The translations under genes and the position numbers were made by a program. The notes below the pieces were generated by a model. That model was not told the origin of the DNA and did no database searches. It was given only the letters and a program-made list of their open reading frames with translations. This document shows, in pieces, positions 60,349-64,000 of a DNA stretch of 64,000 nt (position 1 is its first letter; every line of letters begins with the position of its first letter). The stretch spans positions 84,274-148,273 of the forward strand of contig NIVC01002707.1 of assembly GCA_002269645.1 (NCBI GenBank). Direction: 5' to 3'. The stretch comes from Macrostomum lignano (lineage: Eukaryota).

Positions 60349-61455
60349 CAGTGTTGGGCAAAGTTCCGGCACTTCCGGCACTTTTAGTACCGGAAGTTAC
60401 TTTTTTTTAAAGCGGCACTTTTTTCCGGTTCTTTTTTTAGAATGCCGGACTTCGGTAACGGAAGTTACTTTTTGATAAGTCCGGTCATCCGGTACTTAAA
60501 CATGAAATTTTAGGTGCCAAACAGTCAATTTAGCACTAAATAACAACTCCTTCGCAAGCTTTCTAACAAGCATAACTAGCAGTACACCAGGGTCCAGGAC
60601 GCTACACTCGTGATTCGTGGAACATCTTTTGAAGGCCGATTTCTTCATTTCGATGTTCGTGCAGGACGACACGAGTGATGCATTCTAAGAAGGTTTTGAG
60701 TTTTAACTCTTTTGAGGCTAATTTTCATTTTCTAATTGCAGCGCAGACACTATCATCAATTTATTTTGAAGTCTTGCGCATTGGTCCATCTATCAAATTC
60801 CAGCCATAATTTGTTGTCCGGTATCTTTTTGTTAACTGTTAACTGGCATTTCTAAGACTCCCAGAATATTATTATTGATTCTAAATGAGTCAGCACTACA
60901 AAAGTATAATTACAGTACTGTAAAAGTACAATACTATACAAGCACAATACTATATATAAGTAGGGCGACAAGAGAATGGCCCACACAAACTGAGTCACCT
61001 GAAGTATTCTACACTGATCATTGTGACGCATATATTGGACAAAAATTATCTCCATACATTTTTCTCAAGAGTCAGCATCAATATTTGAAAATCAGCCTCC
61101 AAATTTTTTATGCAAATCGTCCTGGTGTACAGTTAATTTTTGTTTTGCAAAGGTGTTATTTATTCACTCAAATATTAATAACAAAAAACATTATGTACGA
61201 GCTAGCATCTTTATTTGAGAAATAACATCATGTTGAACTCCAGACCAACACATGTTTTTGTTTTTTCACGAAGACATGTTTAAGTACTTTTTAATTGGCA
61301 GTTCTTTAAAATTAGAAAAGACCGGTAACGGAAGTACCGGAAGTTACTTTTCTTTAAAAGTACCGGTACCGGAACAAGTGCCGGAAGTTACTTTCCTTGG
61401 AACCGGAAGTGACTTAACCGGAAGTTACTTTTTCAGAGTAACTTGCCCAACACTG
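60349..61455. mobile_element. Non-autonomous DNA transposon with 13-bp TIRs and a 7-bp TSD
   Basis: CAGTGTTGGGCAA at 60349 and its reverse complement ending at 61455. GCTTTTG lies on both flanks (60342-48 and 61456-62). Subterminal CCGGAAGTTACTTT repeats are present. Confidence 0.85.
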
Positions 61456-61477
61456 GCTTTTGTCGTGCTATGTGTAA

Positions 61478-62782
61478 CAGCGGGCATGCAAAACGGAACG
61501 GCCCATAGAATTCTATAGCCAAGTGCTTGAATTGACTCGGGTAAAGCAAGCCATAGACAACTCGATTTGTCATGCATATCGGAACGATGAGCCGGAATAG
61601 AAGAAACGGTTTGAGTTTTATTTACAGAAACAATAAAAACAGACATTAATGAAGCACATTTTAAGTCACAAATTGAAACCATCAAATATAAAAAGGTCAA
61701 CACTTCGTTAGCGTATTCGCTTCTGGCGTCGAGGCTTTCGACTCGGTTGGTGTTTTGGCGCACATCCGTCCCCTTGGTAGGAAGTTTGATCGTAAAGAGC
61801 AAACCATCCATTGCTCGATCAATTGTTTTAAGGCTCACGTGCGGCTTTCCTGACAGGAAAGCTTCCAACCAGCTTCTCAGCCATTGAATTTAGCGTTAGA
61901 AAGGGATTTAGCTGCACCTCTTGTTGCAAAAAATTGCATCTCTGCGTCCATTTTGCAGCTTTCTTCCTTGCGTCCTCCACGAGGCAAAGCTTCCAATCTG
62001 CTGGCTTGTTCGAATGTTGACCGAATGCGGTGAACAGAAGTTTCGGATAGTCCTAACAAAACTGAAACATCCGTCATCGACAGTCCACGGTGCAAGGCGG
62101 CTATGATACGCTGTCGATCGCGTACAGAAATTTGCGGTGCCATTTATACGACCGTAACTTAGCTCCACGAATCGTTAGAAAACAAAAGCGTCTTGCCTCT
62201 GTGAAAAGCTCAAATCGTTCCTTCTATTTTGGCTCACCGTTCCTTCTATTTTGGCTCACCGTTCCTTCTATTTTGGCTCATCGTTCCTTCTATTTTGGCT
62301 CACCGTTCCTTCTATTTTGGCTCACCGTTCCTTCTATTTTGGCTCACCGTTCCTTCTATTTTGGCTCACCGTTCCTTCTATTTTGGCTCACCGTTCCTTC
62401 TATTTTGGCTCACGTTCCTTCTATTTTGGCTCACCGTTCCTTCTATTTTGGCTCACCGTTCCTTCTATTTTGGCTCACCGTTCCTTCTATTTTGGCTCAC
62501 CGTTCCTTCTATTTTGGCTCACCGTTCCTTCTATTTTGGCTCACCGTTCCTTCTATTTTGGCTCACCGTTCCTTCTATTTTGGCTCACCGTTCCTTCTAT
62601 TTTGGCTCACCGTTCTTTCTATTTTGGCTCACCGTTCCTTCTATTTTGGCTCACCGTTCCTTCTATTTTGGCTCATCGTTCCATATGGCATGACAAATTA
62701 AGTTGTCTATGGCTTGCTGTCTCGAGTTGATTCAAGTGCTGGGCCATAGAACCCTATTGGCCGTTCCGTTTTGATGTCCCCA
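61478..62782 (-). mobile_element. Tc1/IS630-like remnant with about 120-bp imperfect TIRs and an HTH ORF fragment
   Basis: 61490-61612 is the inverted homologue of about 62650-62772. ORF 61877-62143 (MAPQISVRDRQRIIAALHRGLSMTDVSVLLGLSETSVHRIR...LPRGGRK) is a Tc1-type N-terminal HTH. Confidence 0.75.
62215..62680. repeat. 22-bp minisatellite derived from the inner end of the TIR
   Basis: Unit CTCACCGTTCCTTCTATTTTGG, about 21 copies, continuous with the right TIR. Confidence 0.93.
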
Positions 62783-62788
62783 GGGGCC

Positions 62789-63595
62789 CGTGCTATAGAT
62801 TTAAGAGCAAAGAGTAAGGAGTTAGGAGTCAGGAGTGCTCCTAGCAAGGAGCGAATCGATTTTGTGTGCTATAGAGTTCAAGAATCAAGAGTTAGGAGCT
62901 AGGAGTTGTTTTAAGGAGTGCAGCATAGGAGTGAGGAGGAGTTCTAAGGAGTGTAAGGCGATTGGCTAAGGAGTCTGCCAATCTGCGTGCTATATTAAAC
63001 TCCTAAATGTACGCACCTTAAGGAGTAACTATAGGAGCAATTCGTGAATTCAAACAATGCAAGCAAACCAAAAAGTTGCGTTTGTTAAAGTGATGAAGCG
63101 TAGAAAACACTACTTTTTGAGACTCCATGTGCATCTCCAATCGTTCTATAGTCTGCTCCTTTGGCCAAAAAACGAATCGAAAGCCTCACTTGCTGCTCGG
63201 CACTTAAAGCATAGTTACAACGTGTTCGGTGTTCAATTCGATTTCGAATTCGATTCGTCAGGCTAGCGAGTTGATTCTCATTGAGCCGAAATCGTGACAC
63301 AGTATTATATTCTTCAAAAAAGTTAATCCTCTGCTTAAATTGTCTGGGTCGTCGTCGATCATTAGCTCCCTCATCGTCCGAGCCTAGCTCACTGTCCGAA
63401 AACATGAAAAAAGAAACGAATCACACGATCCTACTATAACCTAAGAGTGAAATTTGCCCTTTGAAGTCTTAACTAGGAGTTAGGAGCTAGAAATGAGTTT
63501 CGCTCCTTCTATAGGACACGCACTCCTAAAACTCACTCCTAAACGGCAATTCCTAGCTCCTAGCTCCTACGCTCCGCTCCTTATTCTATAGCACG
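62789..63595 (-). mobile_element. PIF/Harbinger deletion derivative
   Basis: TIR core CGTGCTATAGA (62789-99) / TCTATAGCACG (63585-95) and subterminal TAGGAG repeats. ORF 63085-63405 (RFRL...ALSAEQQVRLSIRFLAKG...IGDAHGVSKSSV) is a HARBI1/Harbinger transposase N-terminus lacking the DDE domain. Confidence 0.82.
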
Positions 63596-64000
63596 CGACA
63601 AACCTTAATGAGGTCTTGAAGCGGCTTGCGAGTGGAAGCTTGAAAAGCAGCAAGCGAGCAAAAGATCTTGTGTATATTTGTTTAAGCATAGTCTTTATAC
63701 TTGAGAGAATAGGGAGGTGTGATGTCAGAGCGAACTGGCTGGCTGGGAAAAACTCCCCAGCAGCCAGGCGTGCAGGGGCCTGTGTGTACAGGCGGGCCCC
63801 GCTCTCAACGGCGCACCAGTCTGGCCGCCACAGAGCTCCCCCCCCCCCAGCACCAAGCTATTCGGCCAAGGCCGCCGGCTCGGACGGCACGGCGGGCGTG
63901 GCAGTGGGCGGCTGGGAAAGCAGCAGTGCGTTGGGCCGCCGGCGAATGTCGCCAGCTGAAGAGGCGGGGTCGGCGGCAGAGTGCGCTGGGGCGGCTCAGC

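Noticed and set aside
877-62680. CRISPR-like arrays
   Set aside because: All arrays are head-to-tail repeats without unique spacers, no cas genes are present, and the DNA is eukaryotic.
62090-62730. Hydrophobic repetitive ORFs (HRSFYFGSPFLLFWLTVPSILA)n resembling a membrane protein
   Set aside because: They are translations of the 22-bp TIR-derived array and appear in all three plus-strand frames.
63790-64000. GC-rich stretch at the window end, possibly a terminal exon of a minus-strand gene
   Set aside because: It is truncated by the window, two frames are open and no motif is recognisable, so it cannot be assigned.
1-64000. tRNA, rRNA, snRNA or spliced-leader RNA genes
   Set aside because: None were recognised by eye. 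tRNAscan-SE and Infernal/Rfam searches would be needed to exclude them.

Overview
Eukaryotic (metazoan) genomic DNA with spliceosomal introns, GC-rich exons carrying poly-Ala/Gln tracts, AT-rich spacers and very many minisatellites. The style suggests a free-living flatworm such as Macrostomum, but this is inference. Host genes reconstructed by hand from splice sites and reading-frame continuity: PICK1 (9 exons, minus strand); a single-domain F-type lectin nested antisense in a PICK1 intron and split by a GC-AG intron; ARID2/BAF200 (7 exons, one apparent 1-nt frameshift); GTP-dependent PEPCK (4 coding exons); an intronless, apparently secreted alkaline phosphatase; and a two-exon secreted all-helical orphan that may be a cytokine-like protein. 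Two further ORFs are unassigned. Mobile DNA: a near-complete ~9.7 kb Helitron (STPR-like repeats, OTU, Rep, PIF1 helicase, 8 introns, two lesions), a decayed Ty3/Gypsy element, and Tc1-like, hAT-like, Harbinger and Crypton-like remnants and MITEs. Most long ORFs in the supplied track are artefacts of tandem repeats. The most unusual structure is the relationship between minisatellites and splicing or TE termini. One PICK1 intron is ~39 copies of its own exon end plus 5' splice site, several unrelated arrays share an AATC(C/T)CA core, and one array is an expanded piece of a transposon TIR. No CRISPR arrays, rRNA or tRNA genes were recognised.
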